DNA from: Mobula hypostoma
Lineage: Eukaryota
Assembly (NCBI RefSeq): GCF_963921235.1
Contig: NC_086102.1
Coordinates: forward strand, 144,584,001-144,648,000
Length of the DNA: 64,000 bases
Direction: 5' to 3'
The notes beneath the pieces are model-generated. The model worked only from the letters and a program-made list of their open reading frames with translations, did no database searches and was not told the DNA's origin. Position 1 is the stretch's first letter; each line of letters starts with the position of its first letter. The translations under genes and the position numbers were made by a program. Below are positions 1 through 11,514 of the stretch, piece by piece.

Positions 1-345
1 AATTGCCCAATAATAGAATCTAAAGTTAGGTAATGCTAAACCTCCATCTCTCTTAGCTTTCTGTAAATGTATTTTACCCAGTCTCGGGTTTTTATTTTGC
101 CAAATAAATGAAGAAATTTTTGAGTCAACTTTATCAAAAAAAGATTTTGGAACAAAAATCGGTAATGCCTGAAATATATATAGAAATTTTGGCAGAAAAA
201 ACATCTTAACTGCATTAATACGACCAATCAAAGTAAAATATAAAGGAAACCATTTAGATGAAAGTTGAATAATATGGTCAATTAAGGGTAAAAAGTTAAT
301 CTTAAATAAATCTTTGTATTTACAAGTAATTTTAATCCCAAGATA
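1..345 (-). mobile_element. L1-clade LINE ORF2 fragment, 5'-truncated, runs off the window start
   Basis: Manual minus-strand translation is open: YLGIKITCKYKDLFKINFLPLIDHIIQLSSKWFPLYFTLIGRINAVKMFFLPKFLYIFQALPIFVPKSFFDKVDSKISSFIWQNKNPRLGKIHLQKAKRDGGLALPNFRFYYWAI. This has the YLGI...GRIN..KM...GGLALPNF..YY signature of L1 ORF2 after the RT domain. Confidence 0.9.
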
Positions 346-3137
346 ACAAAGGATCAGGATTTTGAAGCTCTTGCTGGACCAAGATGCTTGGCCCTTCTGT
401 AAGCATCTATAATCCAGTCATCTGAAGGGAGTGGTGGAACACTCTCATTCAAGCAGGTATTGCTCTCTACATCTTGTTTTGCCAGCAGACCTCCCAGTGT
501 ATTAGAAAGAGATGCTAAAAGCTTCTGCTGGAAAATACTGTATTTCAGAAGCCTCCATGAACAAGATACCATACTCTACATATGCATGAAAGAAAGTGCA
601 CTGGTGTGTCTGACACCAGCATTATTTGTTTGGTCAAAATACTACTCAACATTGCTATGGTTCTGCCAGATTCTTCTGAATGGCTACAGTAGGGATGAAT
701 GAGATATAATTGATGGATCTGTTTGTCTTTTGCAGTATGGTTTTCATTGTGTGCATTATGAGTATGGTAACTTGCCTTTTAGGAGTTTGGATAAGTAGAA
801 GGAAAATTTGAAAAATGCCTGCAATGGATCTATTTGCAAAAGTTGAAGTTATCCTGCAACCACGGGGAAACTAAACAGGGAGCTCTCTTCCACGAGGTAA
901 TTTCATCCTGTTTGATGGAATACACAAGCTGCAAACATCAGTGCTGTGTATTGTTACTAATTTTGTTTCACTGCAACACCACCAGTCAATACAAAATGCA
1001 CCGTATGGTTGGTGTACAATACAAACAGACAAACAAAATTTCACACCTGCTGTGTGGTATCACACTACACTATAAGACAATATCATTGCTAACATGAGCT
1101 CATTTATTACCCATCTGCCAATTAAGACCTGAATTTACCTTTGTTGCCTCCATATATATTTTTACGAAAAGCTCAGGGTTTTTTGTCTGAAATTTATAAT
1201 TTCATTCCAGATCCTTCAGTTTCTTCAGTAAATATTGTTTTAGGCCACTAATTCTCAGCTATTGAGTTCTTGTCTGCAGCTTCGCAGAATACACGGCAAA
1301 CATTACACAGAATGAGACCATCCCTGTTTGAAGATTGTTTGCATTAGTCTAGAATTTTACTCTCATTCCCTCACTTCTTCCACCTTATACACCACAAACC
1401 AAGGTGGACGTTACCAGATATTTTCTGTCTGTTGTCACTATCCTGTTCATTATTCAATGAAAAAGGTTACTGGGCTACAAAATCAGCTACCATTTTGTAT
1501 GTAGGGAGAAATGAAAGAGAAAAAACAAAGAGCACCACCCATCACAGATAAAAAACTGAAAGTGCCCAGCAGGCAGTGTCTGTAGAGAGAGAAAAAAATC
1601 ATCAGAACTAGGAAAACATTGAAATAAGGAACTGCTAGCCAGCATCAGGCTATTCAGTTTTACATAATAACGATAGCTAGTGAAACCCAAGGTCTTGTGA
1701 TTTCCATGTAGGTGGCCCACTTTATTTTTATTAAATTTGCTCCTATCCAGACTCCAGCCTGATTGACAGGGTCAGTTGATTTTGAGTAGCTGCAGAGCAA
1801 ACCATGAGCCAGGAGTAGATTGGGTTCCTGCTCCTGCAGGGGGTTACACTGTGATTTGGGGAGGAGTCCAGGCATGCTTTCAGAGGCTAAGGGAAAGCAA
1901 ATACAGTTTAGGGAGGAACTGGTGATCCCAAATCGTATAAGGATCCAGCCTGTGATCAAAACAGGGTCAAAGGCGATTGATGAGTGATTGATGATTTTGG
2001 GGTCAAACCATTAACCACAGAGTTTCAAGGAATACCGTGGAGGCGGGAGGTTATCACTCACTGCACTTATTCTTATATTTCCTTACAACATTGGAAAAGG
2101 CCATTCAGTCCCTTGATCTAATTTCCCTATAACCTGTACTCTCCACATAACCATCAGTTCCTCCCAGTCTGCCACATAACTTGATTCAGCAACAGTCTCT
2201 TCCCCTCCATTATCAGGTTTTTAAAAGGTTCGTGAAGTTACGGACACTTCTAACTTGGTGTTACCTTTTTTGAATTATTCTTTTTTTTTTGTAGTTTATA
2301 GTCACTTTATGCCTTTGCATTGTACCGCTGCCGCAAAACAACCAATTTCACACTATTCAGGTCAGTAATTATAAATCTGATTGTGATCTGTATAAATCGG
2401 AGCAATCTAGAGGTAGCCAGTTAACCTGCACGTCTTTGGTAGATTTCAGCTGAGACAATAAGCAATTGTGATATGTGGGAGGGGAATGGAGACAGATCAT
2501 GGGGAGTGGTGAAGATGGTGTCAGGAAAGGGTCTACCAAAGACTGACGATGATGATGATAGGAATGCTGAGTAGAAATCTCAATGGTCAAATGGCAGGGT
2601 GCCAAGCATGGGGAGGAGCAGGTCTGGGAAGATACTAAGTTCCAACTGTTGGTTCTGGGGATTTAATGACCGGAGTGGTACTGATGTCCAAGAGCAGTGC
2701 TCTGAGCATGGAGTGTGGAAAGGCTGAGGGGAAGAGTGGTGGGTTTGAAATTATCTTCTAGCTAAGAGGGAGGAGAGAACAGAAACAGTGCCTACATTAT
2801 AAAAGTTAAGCAATAATCACTGCTTGAGACAACGTATTCAGTCTCGGCTATATTTCTTATCACTGCAGGCTCAGCTGCAACAAAACCAACAATTGATTTA
2901 TTCTTTTGAAGTAATCAGCCTTTGTTCTACTGTGAGAGTTCATTCTACCCACAACTACTCTCTGCGGGGTAGCATCATATGCTTGCAAGGCCAAAAAGCT
3001 TTATTTTTCAAATCTGGTGCAGAAGGCTATTTTGCTCTACATAGAGAACTGTTTCCATGGAATAATGAGAGACAAGTTTAGACCCAAAACACTGCACCTG
3101 ATTAGTTTATGGCTAAATCCCCAGCACACCCTTAGAT

Positions 3138-4296
3138 GTCATAGAACACTACAACACCGAAACAGTCCATTTGATGCATCTAGTCCATGCTAAACTATTA
3201 ATCTGCCGTCTCATCGATCCACACCCAGACCATAGCACTCCATATCCCTCTTATCCAAATTTCCCTTAAATGTTGAAATCAAACCTATATCCACCACTTG
3301 CGTTCCACATTCTCACCACTCTCTGAGTAAAGAAATTCCCCCTACTGTTCACCTTAAACATTTCACTTTTCACCCTTAACCCATGATCTCTAGTTCTAGT
3401 CTCACCAATCTCAGTGGAAAGTCTGCTTGTATTTGTCTAATCAATAATCCTCACAATGTTGTATATTTCTGTCAAATCTCCTTTCATTCTTCTATGCTCT
3501 AGGGAATAAAATCCTATCCTGTTCAACCTTTCCCTGTAGCTCAGGTTCTCATATCCTAGCAACATCCTTGTAAATTATCTCAGCACCCTTTCAATCTTGT
3601 TGACAGCTCCCCTGTAGGCAGGTGACCAAAGCTACACTCAATACTCCAAATCAGGCCTCATCAATGTCTTATACAACTCCAACATAACATCACAACTCCT
3701 GTACTCAATACATTGATTTATGAAGGTCAATCTGCCAAAAGCTTTCTTTACAACCTGTGATGTCACTTTCAATGAATCATGGATCTGCATTGCCAGATAC
3801 CTCTCTTCTATTGCTTTCCTTAGTGCTCTGCTTCTTAACATGTAATTCCTACCCTGGTTTGGTCCTCCCAAAGTGCAACATCTCCTACTTACCTGCATTA
3901 AATTCCATCTGCCATTATTTAGCCCATTTTTCCAGCTATTCCAGATCCTGTTGCAAGCTTTGATAGACTTCCTTGCTGTCCACTAGACCCCAAATCCTGG
4001 TGTCATCTGCAAATTTTCTGATCTAGTTTATCACATTATCATCCAAGTTGTTGATATAATTGATAAAGAAAATGGAGCCAGCACCGGTCCCTGCAGGACA
4101 CTACAAATCACAACCCTTTAGTCAGAGAAGCAACCACTGACTACCACTCTCAGGCTTCCCATGCGAAGCCAATGTCTCATTCAATTTGCCCTCTCATCTT
4201 GAATGCCAAGTAACTGAACTTTCTTGACCAACCTCCCATGCGGGGCCCTGTCAAATGCCTTGCTGATGTCCATGAGCAAGGCCTTGCTAAAGTCCT
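3138..4296 (-). mobile_element. Degenerate CR1 LINE, 3' part
   Basis: Fragments DISKAFDRAPHGRLVKK and CIEYRSCDVMLELYKTLMRPDLEY; CR1-type 3' end at the left; many stops and frameshifts. Confidence 0.85.
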
Positions 4297-4371
4297 TTAC
4301 CGAGGCCTTTGTGACACATTTCACTGTATATTCCACATACATGTGATAAATCTGAATCTGATATTTGAAAT

Positions 4372-4545
4372 ATAACCGGAAACTACTGGACCCTCTCACT
4401 ATGTCAGGCAGCAACTGTGTAAAGAGAAAGACAGGTCTAGCTGAAAGGCTAACTAGCTTTTTCTTTCCATAGATGCCATCTGATCTGTTGAGTGTAACCA
4501 GGATTTTCTGGTTTTATTTCAAATTCCTAATATCTGCAATTTTTT
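4372..4545. mobile_element. Old short Penelope-like (PLE) insertion with inverted halves
   Basis: ggcagcaactgtg on one arm and tccatagatgccatctgatctgttgagtg...atctgca on the other, the same layout as 42262-42432 and 46455-46617. Confidence 0.5.
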
Positions 4546-4784
4546 TTTAGATTTTCAGCTAAAGCACTTTCTTGTAAAATTTCAGAAGTGCAATATAACA
4601 AGTACGTTCACTCAAAATATCCCACCGTGACTTAATCCTCAATAATAGAATTGCAGGTCTAATCCTTGAAAGTGGCAAATGACATGCTAACAACAGGAAT
4701 TCTGCAGATGCTGGGAATTCAAGCAACCCACATCAAAGTTGCTGGTGAACACAGCAGGCCAGGCAGCATCTCGAGGAAGAGGTA

Positions 4785-4822
4785 CAGTCGACGTTTCAGG
4801 CCGAGACCCTTCGTCAGGACTA
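4785..4822 (-). ncRNA. Minimal type I hammerhead ribozyme of Penelope type
   Basis: Minus strand UAGUC-CUGACGA-A-GGGU(CUCG)GCCU-GAAA-CG-UC-GACUG: complete core, stem I AGUC/GACU, stem II GGGU/GCCU, palindromic ACGU stem III. Confidence 0.8.
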
Positions 4823-4884
4823 ACTGAAGGAAGAGTTAGTAAGAGATTTGAAAGCGGGAGGGGGAGGAGGAGATCCAAAATGAT

Positions 4885-6042
4885 GTTGTTGTTGTTGTTG
4901 TTCGTCCTTCGTAGTCGAAGATGACCATGGCTTCAAAGTCAAATGGGAGATTGGTGGCTGTGGGTCCGGAGGTGACTGGTGAGGCCATTCCGGGCCCTGA
5001 AGGCTCGCCCACATGTGGGACACAAGCGGGTGGGTGCTGTCGTGGCAGTGGATGCTGCTCGGGTCTTGCGCACAGCACGCTTTCGTTGCGCCTCAATGAT
5101 GCGCCTGACTTCAGCTGCACGGACTCCTGTGGTGATCTTGCTGCGCCAAGCTGGACAGTCGAGGGCAAGTGTCTCCCACGTGTTGATGTCGACACCCAGG
5201 CTTTTGAGGGACGCTTTGAGGCAGTCTTTGTAACGTTTCTTCTGCCCCCTGACTGAGCGCTTGCCCTGACACAGTTCTCCGTACAGCAGCTGCTTAGACA
5301 ATTGGCTGTCTGGCATTCTGACCACATGTCCAGCCCACCTGGCTTGGGCTTTCAGCAGGAGGGTGTAGACGCTGCAGAGCCCAGCTCGTTCCAGGATTTC
5401 CGTGTTGGGGACCTTGTCCTGCCACCTGATGTGGAGGAGTCTGCGGAGACAGCTCAGGTGAAAGTGGTTGAGCTGTTTGGCGTATCTGCTGTAGACAGTC
5501 CAGGTCTCGCTGGCGTAAAGGAGGGTGGTAAGGACCTTCAGCTTGGTGGCAAGGCTGAGTCCTCTCCGCTCCCAGATGTTCTCACGGAGTCTCCCAAAGG
5601 CGGCGCTGGCTTTGGCAATCCTGTTGTTGACCTCAGCGTCTATGTTCACTGCGCGAGAGAGTATGCTGCCCAGGTAGGTGAAGTTGTTGACTGCCTGGAG
5701 GTTCTGGCCCTTCACCGTGATGCGCGGCTCCTGGTATGGCTTTCTTGGGGCAGGCTGGTACATAACTTCGGTCTTTTTGGTGCTGATAGTGAGATCGAAG
5801 TTTTTGCAGGCTTGTGAGAAGCAGTCTATTTCACGCTGCATCTCCTGCTCTATGCTGGCGTTGAGTGCGCAGTCATCAGCAAACAAGAAGTCTCTGATGA
5901 CAGTCTCTCGCACCTTTGTAACTGCCTGCAGGCGCCTAAGGTTGAACAGCCTGCCGTCAGTCCTGTACCTGACATGAATTCCTTCTTCGTAGTTACGGAA
6001 GGCATCTGTCAGCATGGCAGAGAGTACCACACTGAACAGAGT
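4885..6042 (-). mobile_element. RTE-clade LINE, 5'-truncated, young
   Basis: (AAC)n 3' tail from 4885; 7-bp TSD aaatgat at 4878-4884 and 6043-6049; uninterrupted ORF. Confidence 0.93.
4939..6042 (-). CDS. RTE reverse transcriptase C-terminal half with terminal C2H2 zinc finger (truncated TE ORF)
   Basis: FLFADD RT motif, FTYLGS, RWAGHVVRM, CPTCGRAFRARNGLTSHLRTH. The ATG at 6069 in the ORF track lies in flanking DNA outside the element. Confidence 0.88.
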   Translation of the reverse strand, partial: TLFSVVLSAMLTDAFRNYEEGIHVRYRTDGRLFNLRRLQAVTKVRETVIRDFLFADDCALNASIEQEMQREIDCFSQACKNFDLTISTKKTEVMYQPAPRKPYQEPRITVKGQNLQAVNNFTYLGSILSRAVNIDAEVNNRIAKASAAFGRLRENIWERRGLSLATKLKVLTTLLYASETWTVYSRYAKQLNHFHLSCLRRLLHIRWQDKVPNTEILERAGLCSVYTLLLKAQARWAGHVVRMPDSQLSKQLLYGELCQGKRSVRGQKKRYKDCLKASLKSLGVDINTWETLALDCPAWRSKITTGVRAAEVRRIIEAQRKRAVRKTRAASTATTAPTRLCPTCGRAFRARNGLTSHLRTHSHQSPI

Positions 6043-7087
6043 AAATGATAGGAAATGATAGAATGACATGCTATCCCAGTTTAATGTGTCATTTTATTGT
6101 GTTCAATTACAGAAATAAATGGTCAGAAGCTTCATGATGGTTAGGAAAAAAACTTGTCACCAAGTATATTTTTAACATTTACGTTAAGAATATTGTTTGA
6201 TATTCATCGGAGACCCAATTGTAACTGGAAACCAGATTGGAAGAGGCTGCACAACGTATAAAGGGGTTTCCTGACATAACTCAACGAACTGAACCACAGC
6301 AACATAAAGTTGCAGAAGTTGGGACTATTGATTCAGAGTATACCCTTTCAGGATAATCCAGTCATCCATGATCTAAACATGAACAGCTGCTACTGAAAAG
6401 CTGCAGGATAGCCCCCAAATTACAAATAAAAAGGATAGTGATCTGAGAGCAATATAGGCAGCAAGTGAATTCTGTGTCATCTGTGCATTTGCATGATTGC
6501 TGAAGGCAGCCAGCTAACCAACCTGTGGAGGTGTTGAAAACATGAGCAAGGAGCCAATATCATGAGTAGACTCTCCTGGTTAAAGCCGCATCAGTCTGTG
6601 CACCATAAAAAGGATGGTGTGTTATTAATTAAATAAATGCTTGCACACATGCAGGAAGTAATTTTATCCTGTGCTGAAGGAAAGGACAACATGAAAGACC
6701 AGGTTTCAGTGTTGTCAAATGTACTGTGGAGGTGCTAGGAAGGCATTTGCAAAGTGGGAGAGGCACTTTGCAACTGTGGGCCAGAAAACCCTCTAGCATA
6801 ACTCAGAAGAGAATGGGAATGGATACAAAGCAATAGTTTAAGCAAGTTGATCTGGATATATAGTCACACATAGTTTCACACACACACACAAACTTGCCCA
6901 GGTGAGGGATTGAATCAATGAAGGGAAATCCCACTGCTTTTGATACTGCTTACCACCTACCAGAAGTCCCTATCAATTAAAACTATTTCATAATATCCAC
7001 GTGGTTGAACTTATCTTCACCTGTTCTATATTGCTGCAAACCTAAAAAGTATATCCCAGAGCATCTACACACTGCCACCTACTCAAC

Positions 7088-7191
7088 CCATGGACTATGG
7101 TCTGGATCAGGTTGATGGGACTAGGCAGATTAATAGTTCAGCACATACTAGATGGGTCGAAGGCCCTGTTTCTGTGCTATGACTATGACTA
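7088..7191 (+). mobile_element. CR1-type 3' tail fragment
   Basis: gatgggtcgaaggccctgtttctgtgctatgactatgact, a CR1 3' UTR with short tandem tail. Confidence 0.7.
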
Positions 7192-8249
7192 ACCTTATCA
7201 GTCAATTCATCCAGGCTGCACAATGCTCAGTTCTTTCTCCCCATCAGGAGATCGTGATACACAGAGGCAACAAAGTTTAATCAGAGAACAGCAGTCAGGA
7301 TAAGAAATCATAAATCTCATTAAGACAACAATGTAAAGGATAGTTTTAATTGAGGAAATGGTCAAGGAGGGGGTGGGGGTCTGAATTAATAACAATAGTG
7401 ATATTCTCCTTCTCCCATTTCTTCTTCTCTCCATCCCACATTCAAATACAACTAATACGGTGTACTGCTACAGAATAGAGAAATTGTTGCTAGAATACTG
7501 CACCATTAACCTACATATTTCACTCTCTGCAGTCAGATAGGACATGGGAGTACAGGAATCCCTTCTGATCTCTTTGAAAGGTAGAGTTGACATGCAATGT
7601 CTGCAAAAAATACCGATCCCACCAAAGGCGGCCTCATCTGAGGGAGGTCTGCAATCCTTGCAAATCTACATACTCTCATTGTTTGCTGCTACGAATAGGA
7701 AGACTCAGTGACCCCCCCCCCCACTCCCCCCAGTAATAGAGGTTACATTAAATAATGAAATGTTCTAAATACTAGAGGCTGCAGACTGGAAGGAGCCACA
7801 AACAATAAAAGAGGTTGAATGCCACAATCACCTTGAAAGTCACCGGAATTACAGCCTCTGTCCTGCTATGAAGTTACAATTGTGGTTTGAGAGGGGAGTA
7901 TATTCTAATAAGTATTCTAACCTTTATTCCTCACCCAGCTCTGTATCAGGGAAATTCTGCCTGGACCTGTCCTTCTGCATAGGTAAATTCTTTCGTCTAA
8001 TTTCAGTCACTTGTACAGCCCTGTGTACTTTATTCTTCTCCTCCCAATCCTGCTGTATTCCAGGGGGAATAATTACCAGAACACTTAAGCATGTGACAAA
8101 TTGACTTATGCAGATTTGTTTATTAAAATCATCTTTCCAGCTTCATAAATGCATGAAGTATTGTGCTTGACAAACGTATTCAGGGTGTCTTCTCTCTTTA
8201 ATAGCAGAAACGAAAAAGTTCTGTTGCACGTACAATGGAGGACTATGGA

Positions 8250-8330
8250 GCTCTTCCAGTACCCTGGCTAACATTTTGTATCTTCACCAACATTACTGAA
8301 ACAAGCTATCCAATCATTCAGCACACAGGT
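8250..8330 (+). mobile_element. Degenerate DeuSINE (Deu-domain) fragment
   Basis: ccctggctaacattttgtatcttcaccaacattactgaaacaagctatccaatcatt resembles the Deu domain and the copy near 61810. Confidence 0.45.
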
Positions 8331-8461
8331 CATTTCCAAGGGACAACTAACGGGCACCGATACATATGACTAAACTCCTACAAAAATGATTAAGAACAAT
8401 GCAGTACATCTCAGAACAGGCCCTTCAGTCCATGATAAAATTAAATTCATACCAAAAAAGC

Positions 8462-9460
8462 TCACATATTTAAGTTTGCTGACGACACCACTGTCGTTGG
8501 CCGAATCAAAGGTGGTAATGAATCAGCATATAGGAGGGAGAATGAAAATCTGGCTGAGTGGTGCCACAGCAACCTCTCACTCAATGTCAGCAAGACCAAA
8601 GAGATGCTATTGAGTTCAAGAGGAGGAAACCAGAGGTCTATCAGCCATTCTTCATTGGGAGATCAGAGGTGGAGAGGGGCAGCAACTTAAGATCCTCAGT
8701 GTTATCATTTCAGAGGATCTGCCAGTACGAAGAAAGAATGGCACCTACTTTCTTCTACTTTTGTGAAAACTTTGACAAGCCTCTATAGATGTGTGATGGA
8801 AAGTATGTTGACTGCTTGCATAACAGCCTGGTATGGAAACATTAATGCCCTTGAACAGAAAAGCTTACACGTAGTAGCTGGGTTTTTCCCAGTCCATCAC
8901 GGGTATAGACGGGTATAGATAGATCAATGAACTTATTATCCTGGATTCTGTAGATGGGATAAAGTAACCGTTCACAAAGATCCAGTGAATTCACGAAATT
9001 CTGTGACCCAGTCCATCATGGGTAAAGCCTTCACCACTATTGAGCACATCTACATGGAGTTCTGTCGCAGGAAGCAGCATCCATCATCAAGGACCCCCAC
9101 CACCCAGGTCTTGCTCTCTTCTCATTGCTGCCATTAGAAAGAAATTACAGGAGCCTCAGGACTCACACCACCAGGTTCAGGAACAGTTATTACCCTGCAA
9201 CTATCAGGCTCTTGGACCAGAGAGATTAAATTCACTCAACTTCACTCACATTATCAGTGAACTGTTCCTACAACCTATGGACTCAGTTTCAAGAACTCTT
9301 CATCCCATATCCTCAATGTTTACTGCTTTGGTGCGGTCTTTCACTGATTATATTGTGTTTCCTGTATTTACTGTGAATGCTCACAAGCAAATGAATCTCA
9401 GGGTTGTATATGGTGACAAATACTGTATGTACTTTGATATTAAATTTACTTTGAACTTTG
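8462..9460 (+). mobile_element. Degenerate Rex1/Babar LINE, 3' part
   Basis: [10 protein letters not shown] (tttgctgacgacaccactgtcgttggc), LNVSKTKE; 3' end aaatttactttgaactttga. Confidence 0.85.
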
Positions 9461-9467
9461 AGCTTTT

Positions 9468-10257
9468 CAGACATCCCACTCTGCAAAAACTGATTTCAGG
9501 GAGATAGCGCCATCAATTTGCGGGAGACTTCCAGGAGAGGTGGGAAGTCTGCAATAGAATAGCTCCTTAGCAGCCAGCCAGCTAGTTTAAATAACGTTAG
9601 CTATGCTAATGAATGAATGACACCTGTTAAACTCACCTCAACATGTCTTTTACAGTCTTAACCCACTATGGGCAATAGAAAAGTCACTGTTGCAAACAGT
9701 GCAGCGAGCAACACTGTCATTATTTTTGACCCCTATTAGGCAGGGGTACACGTTAGTGTAGTCTGGGGTTACGTATGTTTTAGATTTTCTTTTTTTTTGG
9801 AACACTCTGCCATGGCGCGCTGTCACTTTCTCTCTCATGGTCTCTTGTTTGCTTTCTCTCTCGCTTGTGCGCTCTCGCTTGCTTTCTCTCTGTCTCGCTC
9901 TCTCGCTTGCTTTCTCTCTCACGCTCTCGCTTGCTTTCTCTCTCTCTCACTCTCTCACTCATGCGCTCTCTCGCTCCCTTGCTTGCTTGCTCTCTCGCTC
10001 CCTCGCTTGCTTTCTCTCTCACGCTCTCTCTCATTCATGCGCTCTCTCTCTCTCTCTCTCACTCGCTCTCTCGCTTGCTTTCTCTCTCGCGCTCTCTCTC
10101 TCTTGCTTGCGCGCGCTCTCTCTCTCTCTCTCTCTCGCTCTCTCGCTCGCTCTCAAAAAATCGATTTCCGTGATATTGTATATAATTTGCGGGCAACAGG
10201 GAGCCACTATTCAAATGCGGGAGGCTCCCGGAACTTCCGGGAGAGTTGGGATGTCTG
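9468..10257 (-). mobile_element. Non-autonomous hAT-like DNA transposon with 6-bp TSD
   Basis: TIRs cagacatcccactct and agagttgggatgtctg; gctttt at 9462-9467 and 10258-10263; frameshifted first exon of a transposase (ATG at 9813, CTVCNSDFSIAHSG..DCKRHVE, then donor GAG/gtgagt near 9636). Confidence 0.8.
9826..10155 (+). repeat. Compound (CT)n / ctcgcttgcttt low-complexity repeat inside the hAT-like element
   Basis: Repeated ctctctcgcttgcttt units; source of the spurious RERES/SLSL ORFs. Confidence 0.9.
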
Positions 10258-10265
10258 GCTTTTAC

Positions 10266-10355
10266 AAATTGAGTTGCTGCCATATGTTTGGCTGATTCTA
10301 TATGTACATTAACGAGCAGGTGTACAGATGTATCTAGTAAAGTGGCTATGAGGGT
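10266..10355. mobile_element. Terminal remnant of a Tc1-derived MITE
   Basis: gagttgctgccatatgtttggctgatt...caggtgtacagatgtatctagtaaagtggc matches the ends of the copies at 38320-38406 and 41325-41411. Confidence 0.7.
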
Positions 10356-11208
10356 TGTGACGAGAATACACATAAAATTAAGATGTTTGCTGGCCTGGGT
10401 TAGCATCAGTGACATCAGCAAGTGGTCTGCCACCTGCCCTCAGGGGAAGGAGAGATAAGGAACAATGGAGCAGCGTCTGGAGATGTGTAATGAAGGGACT
10501 GGGAGAAAGAGCTGTCTGGAGCGGCTCCCCCCTTTGAACCTTGAACTGTTTGAAGTATGGACAGGCGATACCCCAGCAGGGGGATAAAAAGGGACCGGTT
10601 CGCTAAGGCAGGACACACGCCACCCGAGGTAACGAGACCCTGGAAGCAGTGCGCCTCTCACGAGTGGGTGAGAAGTATCAGACAACGACCAGGGTGGAAA
10701 GGTACGATCAGCGGGAACCCGGTGTGTGTCCGCCCTTGCCTGGGTGCCGGGTTCACTGCAGAGGATCGACCGCATCTGGAGGAGGGGTCACAGTCGGTGA
10801 CCTCAGGTGACATCACCAAGGACCCACCCAAAAAGTTGCTTGTGAGCAATCTCGCCGGTCTGTGAGTGAAGCAGTGTTCTGAATGATCAGTTGTTCCTGT
10901 TCTATCTCTCTCTTCCCCCACGTTGTCCATCGCCATGGCAACGATTACTGCGAACTGAACTGGACTGAACTTTGAGTCATTTTGAAATTTGGTCATTTAC
11001 CCCTAGACAACGATAGAGCTTGATTGATGCTGTTATCTTAATTCTGTGCACATGTGTGCTTATCATCGCTGAACTGTTGCATTTATTATCCTTTCGATTA
11101 CTGTGTTGCTTGTTTCTTTAATGAAACTTTCTAAGTTCTAGTACTCCAGACTCCAACTGAGTGATCCATTTCTGCTGGTTTGGCAACCCAGTTACGGGGT
11201 ACGTAACA
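10356..11208 (+). mobile_element. Solo LTR (Gypsy-type, family A), 853 bp
   Basis: TGTGACG...CGTAACA termini; 4-bp TSD gggt at 10352-10355 and 11209-11212; TATA-like gataaaaaggg near 10583. Confidence 0.9.
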
Positions 11209-11514
11209 GGGTATATTCCAACGGAAATGATTTTTGAAAACAAAGTCCTGTCACCATCCATATCTCACATTTAGTGCAAATAATCTAGGAGCACCTTCCA
11301 GCTTGTGCTTTTAATGGATGTGAAAACTGGGAGAGATGTAAAGCAGGCAGCCACTTCACTTCCACCAGGCTTACGCTTATTTCATAAGGTCAAAATCTAC
11401 ATTATTGGCAGTCACCAAACAGACATAAAACATTGTGTGGACATTTTTAAAATAAACATCAGTACTTAATAGATCACAAAGAAATTAAATACTCTATTCA
11501 TCCCAGTCTATTTT

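Larger units (their letters stand above)
4690..6061 (-). mobile_element. Short PLE-derived insertion (pLTR with hammerhead), split by an RTE
   Basis: 12-bp TSD aatgacatgcta at 4678-4689 and 6062-6073; 4690-4884 is nearly identical to 33690-33875. Confidence 0.85.

Noticed and set aside
354-572. 72-aa minus-strand ORF in non-repeat DNA
   Set aside because: No recognisable domain or convincing splice signals; the length is expected by chance.
9650-10433. Several 84-171 aa ORFs rich in RE/SL
   Set aside because: Translations of the CT/GA microsatellite; only the zinc-finger piece near 9637-9813 is meaningful.
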